Positions 9,332-17,874 of a stretch of 55,461 nucleotides of DNA are shown piece after piece. Numbering within the stretch: position 1 is the first letter of the stretch; every line of letters begins with the position of its first letter. The DNA comes from a virus (taxonomy: Duplodnaviria; Caudoviricetes). The translations under genes and the position numbers were made by a program. Below the pieces are notes generated by a model that had not been told where the DNA came from, did no database searches, and was given only the letters and a program-made list of their open reading frames with translations. Where the stretch lies: positions 1-55,461 of the IMG/VR virus record IMGVR_UViG_3300031653_000002; one strand, 5' to 3'.

Positions 9332-10226
9332 TGAACTAAAACATCAGATTTGTACTGGTTTACGTGCGGGATTAAGGCACAAAAAGATAGCTAAATTATC
9401 GGGATGCAATATAAGTACCGTGCGGCATTTATCATCGATACGTCCTACCAGGGTGTTACTCCTTTCCGACTCCCATTGCGGCAGTAATGTGGGCTTGACT
9501 CCCCCCGCATATCAGTACAGCTATATTGCTACGCCCCAATCCGAAGACCATAGGATCAGAAATAAGTGGTCTAAGTTACAAGAAGAATGTTGGAGTTGGT
9601 ACATAGCAACCTTGGAGCTTCTAAAACCTATTGATAAATGCTTCATACTGGGGGATATGATAGACGGGGATGGAAGTCGTTCCGGGGGGACTGAGCTTAT
9701 CGTTACGGATAGGAATGTACAGGTATCTATGGCTCTCGAATGTATACAACAGGTAGAAGCGGATTATTATTGCATGGTTTTCGGCACCCCGTATCATAAC
9801 GGCCAAGCCGAAGACTTCGAGATGAATATAGCAGAGAGGCTTGATTGCAAAATAGGTGGGCATGAGTGGGAAACCGTCAACGGTTGTATATTCGACTTGA
9901 AGCATAAGCAGGGTAACTGTATTAATCCCGCCACGTCCCTTTATAATGAGATACGCGATAGTAGAGAATGGTCATCTCTTGGGGAACAGCCCAGACCAGA
10001 CATTATAGTTAGAGCACATACCCATAGATATTGCAAATTTGAGATGGAGGAGATTACGGCATTATCTCTACCGGCCACCCAAGCCTACGGCACGAAGTAT
10101 GGCTCCAGACAATGCTCAAGAAAAGTCCAATTTGGACTTGTGGCTGTTGACGTATGGCCGGATGGATACGCGGTGCCGCTTGTACATATCGCAAAATTAA
10201 ATTCGCACAAAACCAAAACTAACTAA
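9318..10226 (+). CDS. Calcineurin-like metallophosphoesterase with short N-terminal HTH
   Basis: SDSHCG, GDMIDGDG, PYH, KHK, AHTH; N-terminal IAKLSGCNISTVR. Confidence 0.8.
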   Translation: MSLSNELKHQICTGLRAGLRHKKIAKLSGCNISTVRHLSSIRPTRVLLLSDSHCGSNVGLTPPAYQYSYIATPQSEDHRIRNKWSKLQEECWSWYIATLELLKPIDKCFILGDMIDGDGSRSGGTELIVTDRNVQVSMALECIQQVEADYYCMVFGTPYHNGQAEDFEMNIAERLDCKIGGHEWETVNGCIFDLKHKQGNCINPATSLYNEIRDSREWSSLGEQPRPDIIVRAHTHRYCKFEMEEITALSLPATQAYGTKYGSRQCSRKVQFGLVAVDVWPDGYAVPLVHIAKLNSHKTKTN

Positions 10227-10234
10227 TTTTTCTC

Positions 10235-10263
10235 TTGACATCACATCTTGGATTTGATATAAT
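10235..10263 (+). promoter_or_regulatory. sigma70-type promoter
   Basis: TTGACA-17-TATAAT, perfect consensus with TG. Confidence 0.9.
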
Positions 10264-10306
10264 GCACTTGTTATAAAAAAAATGAATAACTTTTTTGAAG
10301 GGAAAG

Positions 10307-10663
10307 ATGATGAGTAAGTTCAATTGTAATGATGTTGTAATGGTACGGGAAGGAGCGTGGAGTAGAATTCTGAACGGAAGTGATACTAACTTAACTCCTC
10401 TTGAGAGGGTAGAAGCAAAAAATTATCAGAATGAGCGACGTGAGTTTAGGATTTTGGCCACTAACAGCAAGATAGAAATATTGCCCGATAAATTTGCTAA
10501 TACTTTAATACGTGCACTTGATAATGATGAGATTATTGCCATTAATGATTGCAATTTGTATCAGGAGCATAAAATCACAGTTGCATTTATGTCGAATGGC
10601 AAGGATGTAACGGCTGAAATGAGCGAAGAATCGAAACGGGCTGTATTAGAAGCCAATCTATAA
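10307..10663 (+). CDS. Hypothetical protein
   Basis: Downstream of promoter, RBS present. Confidence 0.65.
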   Translation: MMSKFNCNDVVMVREGAWSRILNGSDTNLTPLERVEAKNYQNERREFRILATNSKIEILPDKFANTLIRALDNDEIIAINDCNLYQEHKITVAFMSNGKDVTAEMSEESKRAVLEANL

Positions 10664-10674
10664 GGAAAGGGAAG

Positions 10675-11553
10675 ATGATGAATTTTTCAATAGTACGTTA
10701 TCTGCCAGAAAAATATAATATTCAAGCTATCCCCGTTGACTCCCCGATATTCCTACACAGGGATGGGACTATACATACCCCTACAACCTGGACATTGGCC
10801 GATGGGGCTTGGAAGACAAGAAGGGAAGCACAGGAATTTCTCGACGAATGGCTACCCCAATCCGAGTGGCTAAGCCGTTCAGCTATTGGGAACGCTGCTA
10901 AAGAATCCGAAAAGGACGCCCTGTGGTATTCAATTCTGCATTGGAGGCAGATTATTATAAAAGGAATCGATGAATACAGGAAGGGCACAGCGGCAGGTAA
11001 AGTTGGGACATATAATAAATATTGTGCTATTTGTTTAAGATGTTGCCATAAGCATATAATATGTCCACTAAGAGGAAACATCTGCGGGGGAAGATGTATT
11101 GGTGAATGGGCCAACGCAAGGCGGGGTTTGACCTATGGGAGTCTTGATGGGGCTATCGGGCTTCACAATAAAATGGTTAAAATATATAACGAAAAGTATG
11201 AGGATAAGATTATGGAAGAAACAAAAATCGACGATGTAATAGTGGTTGACGGTGTAGGATATGATAAGGAAACAGTCAAGGCTGCAATGAAAGCCTATGA
11301 AGAACCTCCGCAGGTGTCGGATGCCGATGTTCCTTTCGATCCCTTGGATGTCGTAGATAATGGCATGGGGCTGAGGGTAATACTTTTTTCCGGAGATAAG
11401 TACCACGCAGTAGATTTGAAAGACGGGATTAGTGCGGCGGATTCCGAGGATGGACGATTCAAAGGCGTGGGGTATAAGAAAATCGGAACCCTTAGAGGCG
11501 GAAGTTTCCATTATGAGGACAACGTATCTTTCATAAGAAGGGTACAGTTATAG
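10675..11553 (+). CDS. Hypothetical multi-domain protein with central Cys cluster
   Basis: 292-aa ORF with RBS; CAIC..CC...CPL...C. Confidence 0.7.
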   Translation: MMNFSIVRYLPEKYNIQAIPVDSPIFLHRDGTIHTPTTWTLADGAWKTRREAQEFLDEWLPQSEWLSRSAIGNAAKESEKDALWYSILHWRQIIIKGIDEYRKGTAAGKVGTYNKYCAICLRCCHKHIICPLRGNICGGRCIGEWANARRGLTYGSLDGAIGLHNKMVKIYNEKYEDKIMEETKIDDVIVVDGVGYDKETVKAAMKAYEEPPQVSDADVPFDPLDVVDNGMGLRVILFSGDKYHAVDLKDGISAADSEDGRFKGVGYKKIGTLRGGSFHYEDNVSFIRRVQL

Positions 11554-11571
11554 AAACCTTGCGGAGGAAAT

Positions 11572-11688
11572 ATGATGAGGACTAACTACAATATTGATCC
11601 CGAATGTGAGGAATTGGACGAGCTTGATGAATCATTTGAACTTGAACGGGATACCGATGAGTACGAACCCATCGATTGGGACGAATAG
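11572..11688 (+). CDS. Very acidic 38-aa peptide (not in ORF track)
   Basis: GGAGG RBS; MMRTNYNIDPECEELDELDESFELERDTDEYEPIDWDE. Confidence 0.55.
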   Translation: MMRTNYNIDPECEELDELDESFELERDTDEYEPIDWDE

Positions 11689-11749
11689 GTTATGTATATA
11701 CATTGTACTGATTGTAATGATTATACTGCTTAAATCTTTTCCCTTCACA

Positions 11750-11795
11750 CCTCCGCAGGGTATATCGACTTATTCTGCGGAGGCTTCCCTTTTTA
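11750..11795 (+). terminator. Terminator hairpin built from two inverted copies of the genome-wide motif
   Basis: cctccgcagggta-loop-tattctgcggagg then cttcccttttt. Confidence 0.7.
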
Positions 11796-11817
11796 TCTAT
11801 GGGGTAGAATTTTTTAC

Positions 11818-11846
11818 TTGACTTCGGGATGGGATTTTGGTATAAT
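11818..11846 (+). promoter_or_regulatory. sigma70-type promoter
   Basis: TTGACT-17-TATAAT. Confidence 0.85.
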
Positions 11847-11896
11847 CGGGGGAATGAGAGAAAAGTTTTTTGACAATTAATTTGAGAGGATTGAAG

Positions 11897-12280
11897 ATGT
11901 GTTTAGAAACCGTATATCGCGGAAACGAAAAGCGTGAGGCGAAGAAAGAATTACCGGATGTTATTGTGGGCTATAAAGTTATTGATAGGCATACGAATAA
12001 AACAGAGTATACTGATATAGATATAAAAGAAGGAATTAATTGTTTCGCGTCTAATAGCTTAGCCAGAGGAGAGGATAGGTATATCGGTGGGAGTCATGTT
12101 TTTCTGAATGAGATGGATGCAACAAGGTGGATATGCGACAATAGCCGACTCAAGGTAATAAAAGTTTATGTTGCAAAGAAGGACATAAATTCGATTGGGC
12201 GGCAGGGTGAGTTTTGGAGTCGTGGATATACAATCACGGTTAAGAAGTTCACAGTTAAAAGTCTAAGGGGGATAGAATGA
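11897..12280 (+). CDS. Hypothetical protein
   Basis: GAGGA RBS; MCL... start. Confidence 0.65.
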   Translation: MCLETVYRGNEKREAKKELPDVIVGYKVIDRHTNKTEYTDIDIKEGINCFASNSLARGEDRYIGGSHVFLNEMDATRWICDNSRLKVIKVYVAKKDINSIGRQGEFWSRGYTITVKKFTVKSLRGIE

Positions 12281-12438
12281 AAAGGCGGATATTGCAGGGA
12301 TTAATGTTGCCGGTGTGGATATTTATTTTTACAGCTATTGGGATCGTGGCTGCGGTAGAATATGCCATTGATGGGGATTGCAGTAGTGCCAAGGAAGAAG
12401 CCCGGAATCTCTTTCACAAAATCAAATCGGGTGCGTAA
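12277..12438 (+). CDS. Small membrane protein (53 aa, not in ORF track)
   Basis: ATGA overlap; one hydrophobic helix. Confidence 0.5.
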   Translation: MKRRILQGLMLPVWIFIFTAIGIVAAVEYAIDGDCSSAKEEARNLFHKIKSGA

Positions 12439-12483
12439 TTTTGTCAATGTGCCCAAGGGTTTGTTATGGGACTATGGAAATAC

Positions 12484-12573
12484 GTCCGATAACATGGGGC
12501 GATAGCCAGGCAGTCCGATAATGTTGCAGGTGTTATAGGACGTTGGGATGCTGGGATGTGGAAAGTCCGATAA
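12484..12573 (+). repeat. Left cluster of GTCCGATAA repeats (3 copies)
   Basis: Copies at 12484, 12513, 12565. Confidence 0.85.
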
Positions 12574-12634
12574 CTCAATCCCCCCTCGAATAGGATTTGA
12601 ATATCGGGTAATCATATTTTTTTCAGTTTTGATT

Positions 12635-12663
12635 ATTATATCATATTAAGGGCGGAATGTAAA
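12635..12663 (-). promoter_or_regulatory. Leftward sigma70-type promoter
   Basis: Minus strand TTTACA-17-TATAAT with extended TG. Confidence 0.65.
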
Positions 12664-12681
12664 GAAATTTTTATTTTTTTC

Positions 12682-12709
12682 TTGCATTTAATTTTTTTTG
12701 TGTTATAAT
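12682..12709 (+). promoter_or_regulatory. Rightward promoter of the AT-rich early island
   Basis: TTGCAT-16-TATAAT with TG and an AT-rich UP-like tract. Confidence 0.7.
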
Positions 12710-12849
12710 TTGTATAGTTTGGGCAAGCCCCTATGTTTGAGTATTTTTTTGGAGGGCGTCAAAATGACATACTAATGAAAAATTGTAATCGGGCATTGAA
12801 TATATATGTTTAGTGTCCGATTATGGTTTTTTGTTTAGGGGATATTAAA

Positions 12850-13026
12850 ATGAATTACACAATAACATTAGGGGATGTCAAAGTGGATTACACAATAACA
12901 TACAATTCAGACAATAGCATAACAATTAGCACAATACATAATGGCGTTCGACTTCATAAGCAGTATTATGGCTATACAGAGAAGCAAGCCGAAAAACAGT
13001 TTTATATATGGATTGCGTCACAATAA
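12850..13026 (+). CDS. Small hypothetical early protein
   Basis: AGGGGG RBS. Confidence 0.6.
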   Translation: MNYTITLGDVKVDYTITYNSDNSITISTIHNGVRLHKQYYGYTEKQAEKQFYIWIASQ

Positions 13027-13129
13027 TTTTTGTTTAAGGGGTTAAAATGCTATTCGATAATATATCAAATAAAGCAATGGTGCTATTAATCGTATTATCT
13101 TATATGGTTTTGTGTTAGGGGGGTTTATA

Positions 13130-13393
13130 ATGATTTTAAGACAAACATTTAATGAGCCGATTAGTGGTTTTTGGGATGGTGGGGCAAAACGTGTTTTTGA
13201 CTGGTCAATCGACGGTACGCCACAACAAGACAGTAAAGGCAAATTTGTAAAAGTTGGTAGCTGGGCAGCCAATCACTGGTTTCATGTATCGTTGGGCAAA
13301 ACAGATAAACAAACATTGTCTTATGCTAAAACACGTTTGCAAACACTGGCGGATAAAGCTTGTAAAAAATGTATCTTTGAATTTATAGATTAG
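13130..13393 (+). CDS. Small hypothetical early protein
   Basis: AGGGGGG RBS. Confidence 0.65.
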   Translation: MILRQTFNEPISGFWDGGAKRVFDWSIDGTPQQDSKGKFVKVGSWAANHWFHVSLGKTDKQTLSYAKTRLQTLADKACKKCIFEFID

Positions 13394-13537
13394 ATTTGAT
13401 ATGAAAACGCCAAAACGCAAGTATAAATACGAAACCTGGCTGGAATATCCAAAGGCAAGGAAAGTTAAAAAAGAGGATAAATTTGTTAATGAACAAGAAA
13501 AAAGAAATAAGAAATTTGATTTTTAAGGGGGTTTAAT

Positions 13538-14689
13538 GTGGATAATGGGGATCAACAATTAGTATGTTATAATTGTGAAAGCGAAATAGACGGCTGCGAT
13601 TATCAAGAAATAGACAACGAGATATACTGCCAGAGCTGTTACGATGAACTGTTTTGTTGTTGCGATAATTGCAATGAAACAGTATCGATCGACAATACAC
13701 ACTGTATTAATGATGCATGTATTTGTGATGATTGTTTCGATAATAACTATTTTTGTTGCGATGATTGCAGGGAATATAATCATAACGATAGTGCTATTAA
13801 TGCAGCAAACGGGGACACCATTTGTGAAGGATGTTACGGGGAAAATTATTTTACTTGTGAAGGATGTTATGAAGTATATCATGTGGATTGCTCTTGTGAT
13901 GGGTATTGTAATTGTTGTTACAATCAAAACAATAGCGGATGTTTGCACAATTACACGTATAAACCCGATCCAGTTTTTTACGGTAATGAAAAGGATAATT
14001 TATATTTTGGTATTGAACTGGAAATAGAATCACAAAGCAATGATATTGACGATATTGTTGAAAATATGAATGAATATATGTATGCAAAAGAGGATAGCAG
14101 TCTTGACAATGGATTTGAGATTGTATCACACCCTGCAACCTGGGATTGGATCAATAGCAATAAAAATTTGTGGAATGATATTTTAAGGCTTAAAGACGGA
14201 GGATTTAGGAGTTATAATACCGACACTTGTGGTATGCACGTTCATTTGAGTAAAGAAGCATTTTCATCCTTACATCTGTATAAGTTTTTGAAAATGTTTT
14301 ATGAAAATCAAGAGTTTATATTGACAATAAGCAGACGTAGAAAACATAACCTGGATAGATATGCCAGTCTTGAAACAGATGAAAGTATTGTATATAAAGC
14401 AACAAAAAAGTGTAATGGCCATACCAAACGATATACCGCAGTAAACCTTGAAAATAGCGAAACGATAGAAGTAAGGATATTTAGAGGCACATTGTCTGAA
14501 AACGGGTTTTATAGAAATATTGAGTTTTGCAAATCTTTATTTGAATTTACAAAAGAGGCAAGTCTTAAAGATATTACTGTATCTAAATATTGTGATTATG
14601 TAATGGATAACGAAAATACATATCCGAATTTAGCGACGTTCCTAATTGATAAGGAACTAATATCAACATTATTTAGCAGGGGACAATAA
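13538..14689 (+). CDS. Putative amidoligase (COOH-NH2 ligase family) with N-terminal multi-CxxC region
   Basis: FGIELEIE, EDSSL..GFEIVSHP, CGMHVHLS, RYTAVN, TIEVRIFRGT; about ten CxxC pairs at the N-terminus. Confidence 0.82.
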   Translation: MDNGDQQLVCYNCESEIDGCDYQEIDNEIYCQSCYDELFCCCDNCNETVSIDNTHCINDACICDDCFDNNYFCCDDCREYNHNDSAINAANGDTICEGCYGENYFTCEGCYEVYHVDCSCDGYCNCCYNQNNSGCLHNYTYKPDPVFYGNEKDNLYFGIELEIESQSNDIDDIVENMNEYMYAKEDSSLDNGFEIVSHPATWDWINSNKNLWNDILRLKDGGFRSYNTDTCGMHVHLSKEAFSSLHLYKFLKMFYENQEFILTISRRRKHNLDRYASLETDESIVYKATKKCNGHTKRYTAVNLENSETIEVRIFRGTLSENGFYRNIEFCKSLFEFTKEASLKDITVSKYCDYVMDNENTYPNLATFLIDKELISTLFSRGQ

Positions 14690-15418
14690 ATGTGTGTTAT
14701 AATCTATAAACCCAAAAAAGCGTATATAACACGTGAAACACTATCCGAATGTTGGGATGAAAATCCAGACGGCGGAGGTTTCATGTACTCAAAGAATAAT
14801 GTTTTACAAGTACACAAAGGGTTTATGAGTTTTAGAAAATTTTATAAACAATATAGAAAATGTGAAAATGATAATGATAGTAATTTTGTAATCCATTTTC
14901 GTATTGCAACAAGCGGATTGATAGATAGTAACAATTCACATCCGTTTTACGTCAATAAGAGTTTAGGTTTCGTTCACAATGGTATATTAAATTGCGTGGA
15001 TGTGCCCGAAAAAAGCAACAGATCCGATACTGCTATATTCAATGAAACAGTATTAAAAAAATTACCTAAAACTTTTTTGAAACAAAAAGCATATCATATT
15101 ATGCTGGAATCTATTGCCAGACAACAATGCTCTAAATTTGCATTTATGGATAATAAAGGGACTTGTTATATATTCAATGAATGTGCGGGTGTTTGGCAAG
15201 ACGGAATTTGGTTTAGTAATCAGAGGCATAAATGGGACTCGGTATTTCCGTCCAAAAAAACGGAGAAAACAACAACAGTTATTATTGAAAACGAAAAATG
15301 GATCGAATGTTATTGTTGCGGAGACTTTTACCCTGTTTCAGAATGTGTTGGTTTTGGCAATGATTTAATATGTTCGGTGTGTGCAAACGAATGTGAAAAG
15401 GATTACATTTTCAAATAG
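14690..15418 (+). CDS. Class II (Ntn) glutamine amidotransferase with C-terminal Zn-binding tail
   Basis: N-terminal Cys (MCVII), NPDGGG, HFRIAT, HPF, HNG, SDT. Confidence 0.88.
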   Translation: MCVIIYKPKKAYITRETLSECWDENPDGGGFMYSKNNVLQVHKGFMSFRKFYKQYRKCENDNDSNFVIHFRIATSGLIDSNNSHPFYVNKSLGFVHNGILNCVDVPEKSNRSDTAIFNETVLKKLPKTFLKQKAYHIMLESIARQQCSKFAFMDNKGTCYIFNECAGVWQDGIWFSNQRHKWDSVFPSKKTEKTTTVIIENEKWIECYCCGDFYPVSECVGFGNDLICSVCANECEKDYIFK

Positions 15419-15452
15419 GAATAAGAGATTTGATTTTTAAGGGGGTAGTAAA

Positions 15453-15614
15453 ATGAAAAGGTATAGTAAAGAATATGTAAATCAACTGGCTATAAAATAC
15501 TACGAGATGTTTATATCCTGTTTTGGATTACCGAACGCGTTGAAAATACATGCACAACTTGGACGGCTGTTAAGAGTGGAAAAAAATAGACGCAAGGAAT
15601 TAAAAGATAAATAG
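15453..15614 (+). CDS. Small hypothetical protein (53 aa, not in ORF track)
   Basis: Follows the AAGGGGG RBS in the repeat. Confidence 0.55.
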   Translation: MKRYSKEYVNQLAIKYYEMFISCFGLPNALKIHAQLGRLLRVEKNRRKELKDK

Positions 15615-15633
15615 ACACTATCCCTCCTCACTA

Positions 15634-15685
15634 ATGGGGATGCTTTGACCGGATGTCTGGTATCCCCATATTTTGATTATTTTTT
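15634..15685 (+). terminator. Intergenic hairpin, possible terminator or processing site
   Basis: atggggatgc...gtatccccat followed by a T-rich tract. Confidence 0.5.
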
Positions 15686-15698
15686 AAGGATTGATAAA

Positions 15699-15872
15699 AT
15701 GAAAAAATGTAAAACTGTAAAAGAGCAGGTGCAATGGATTAAAAGAGTTTTTAACCGGATAAGGGATAGTTGGAGTATAACATACAACTGGTCTTTTGAA
15801 AAAAGTAGAGCGTATTGTATAGTACTCATCGACAGATTGAATGTTCTCCAAGACATAATAAAGGATAGATAG
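15699..15872 (+). CDS. Small hypothetical protein
   Basis: AAGGA RBS. Confidence 0.55.
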   Translation: MKKCKTVKEQVQWIKRVFNRIRDSWSITYNWSFEKSRAYCIVLIDRLNVLQDIIKDR

Positions 15873-15985
15873 AATGATTGAACCGGATTATATAGACAAT
15901 TTGATATGTGTACTGAATGAACAAGTGGACGAAGGGTATTTGTCAAAAGAGGACGCCCTGGAAATATTGTCGGAGGTTAAAGAAA

Positions 15986-16333
15986 ATGAAGGGTAAATAT
16001 ACTAACCGTTGTATGGAATGTCCCATGTCGGAAAAATGTAAGCAAAAAGAATATATGCGTCCAGATACAGAAGCAGTGCAGGGATATGTCGGCAGTGCCG
16101 ATTTATGGTGTAATGAGCATAAACCAAAAGATGCTGAAAATATGGGATATTATCCCGAAATGGATTCGCCCGCTCATTGTGCTGAATGTGGACGCCCTTT
16201 GCAATGTACCTTAACAGATTATGGCGTCGAATATGTCAAAGAAGCGTTGCAAAATGACGGCTGTTGTTGCGAATTATGGGCGACGTTGTTTGCTGCACAC
16301 TTGGAGGTAAAAGAAAATGATAGTAGTATTTAA
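15986..16333 (+). CDS. Cys-rich hypothetical protein
   Basis: GGAGG RBS; DSPAHCAECGRPL. Confidence 0.65.
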   Translation: MKGKYTNRCMECPMSEKCKQKEYMRPDTEAVQGYVGSADLWCNEHKPKDAENMGYYPEMDSPAHCAECGRPLQCTLTDYGVEYVKEALQNDGCCCELWATLFAAHLEVKENDSSI

Positions 16334-16505
16334 GTCTACGTATAATGATAAAGATGAACATTGTTGGGAAATATTAGGATTATATACTAACATAGAAAAT
16401 ATGCCCAAGGATGTAAGGGATTACCCTAATATGTATAGGATTGAAACCCGACTGGTGGATATAGATTATGTTGACTTTAATATGGGAATTGTGAATAAAT
16501 TTTAG
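16317..16505 (+). CDS. Small hypothetical protein
   Basis: GGAGG RBS. Confidence 0.6.
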   Translation: MIVVFKSTYNDKDEHCWEILGLYTNIENMPKDVRDYPNMYRIETRLVDIDYVDFNMGIVNKF

Positions 16506-16603
16506 AGGTGTATTATGGCTGAATTTGGGATTGTTGTTGTAATCATAGGGATTATTTACTATTGGATATATAAATAGGGTTAAGAAATTGTGGAGGTGTA
16601 AAA

Positions 16604-16909
16604 ATGAAAGTAGAAAATATGAAAAGTCCGAAGACAGGGATGGACATACCTAATCAGTTTATTATTATAGAAGATGTTGAAGAACAATTAGGGCATGAAG
16701 CATATAAACATATATTCTATGCTGAATATTTTCAATCCTACAATTCTATAATAGTTAAGAGATATAAAGGTATAGTTTATCTTGACAAAACGTACTGGAA
16801 TTATTCAAGGACAACGTCAAAATATCGCAATATCTTTTTAGGCGAAACAACAAAGGAAACACAAGCAAAGATTAATAGCGGTGAATATGTATTGACAGAC
16901 TTGAATTAA
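16604..16909 (+). CDS. Conserved-looking small phage early protein
   Basis: GGAGGTG RBS; FQSYNSII...WNYSRTTSKYRNIFLG resembles widespread phage hypothetical proteins. Confidence 0.7.
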   Translation: MKVENMKSPKTGMDIPNQFIIIEDVEEQLGHEAYKHIFYAEYFQSYNSIIVKRYKGIVYLDKTYWNYSRTTSKYRNIFLGETTKETQAKINSGEYVLTDLN

Positions 16910-16925
16910 AGTTGCGGAGGGGATT

Positions 16926-17117
16926 ATGTATTTTAATATGGATCATAAAGAGGGCTTCGAGCAGGTATATCAATGTCAATGCAAAGCGGTATTTCCGGAA
17001 AGCAGAGTAGAAACCATAAAGACACGCTGTGGGGATAGAATTTTGCGATGCCCTGTTTGTGGTAGTCAAGAGATTAGGTGTATTGGGGATAATAGGGATG
17101 CAATACTTGAAAAATGA
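16926..17117 (+). CDS. Small Zn-ribbon protein
   Basis: CQC...CPVCGS; GGAGG RBS. Confidence 0.65.
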   Translation: MYFNMDHKEGFEQVYQCQCKAVFPESRVETIKTRCGDRILRCPVCGSQEIRCIGDNRDAILEK

Positions 17118-17132
17118 ATTGGAGGTTATGAA

Positions 17133-17282
17133 ATGAAAAGGTATAGATTCGCAGTAACACCAAAAGGATGTAATATTGCACAGATAGTAAGTGTACAAGC
17201 AGAGGATAAGTATAAGGCGTTAAGGATGGTAAAAGTGATGTTCAGGGATGCTAAATTTATAGTGCCAGTAAAAGAGAAATGA
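17133..17282 (+). CDS. Small hypothetical protein (49 aa)
   Basis: GGAGG RBS; fills the gap. Confidence 0.5.
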   Translation: MKRYRFAVTPKGCNIAQIVSVQAEDKYKALRMVKVMFRDAKFIVPVKEK

Positions 17283-17291
17283 GGTGAAAAA

Positions 17292-17576
17292 ATGACAGAT
17301 ACTAATAAGCAGACGGAATTACATTTTAGACCAACGGCGTCTGAATGTCAAGGGATAATTTATGCCGATAGCGGCAGGGCTATTGCTATTCTGTATGATA
17401 GGACGGACGGATATGGTGAATTGTTTGCCGCTGCACCGGAATTGTTAGCCATTTGTAAAGATGGGTTAAAGTTTCTTGATAGTTTGCCCGCTACGTCTAA
17501 CACGTTTCAATTAGAAAACAGGACGTATCGGCGGAAACAGCTTGAAAGTATTATTGATAGGGCTGAAAAGAAATAA
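17292..17576 (+). CDS. Hypothetical protein
   Basis: GAGGTG RBS; LFAAAPELL motif common in phage early proteins. Confidence 0.7.
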   Translation: MTDTNKQTELHFRPTASECQGIIYADSGRAIAILYDRTDGYGELFAAAPELLAICKDGLKFLDSLPATSNTFQLENRTYRRKQLESIIDRAEKK

Positions 17577-17585
17577 GGGGATAAA

Positions 17586-17849
17586 ATGAATACGAAACCG
17601 ATTGCCAGAGAAATAACAGAAGATGAATACGAGGAGTATCTTAACGAAGCGTGGGGAATTGTAGATGTTTGTGGATTACCATTCGACGCGGGAACTATTT
17701 TAATGGAACTTGATCCGACGGCTTTTAGATGCGGGCTGGCTGATTATGAAAGCGAGCTTGAACCGATAGAATGGGAATGCGGCGTTTGTGGAACTGTTTT
17801 CGATAACGAAAGTGAAGCCGACGACTGTTGTTGTGATGATAATGAATAA
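17586..17849 (+). CDS. Acidic small protein, candidate DNA mimic
   Basis: EDEYEEYLNE...ELDPTAFRCGLADYE; very D/E rich; C-terminal CGVC...CCC. Confidence 0.65.
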   Translation: MNTKPIAREITEDEYEEYLNEAWGIVDVCGLPFDAGTILMELDPTAFRCGLADYESELEPIEWECGVCGTVFDNESEADDCCCDDNE

Positions 17850-17874
17850 AGGGTAGAATAAAAGAGGTGAAAAA

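Larger units (their letters stand above)
13506..15446 (+). repeat. 27-bp direct repeat pair (13506-13532 and 15420-15446) flanking the amidoligase-amidotransferase pair
   Basis: aataagaaatttgatttttaagggggt versus aataagagatttgatttttaagggggt (1 mismatch). Confidence 0.85.
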
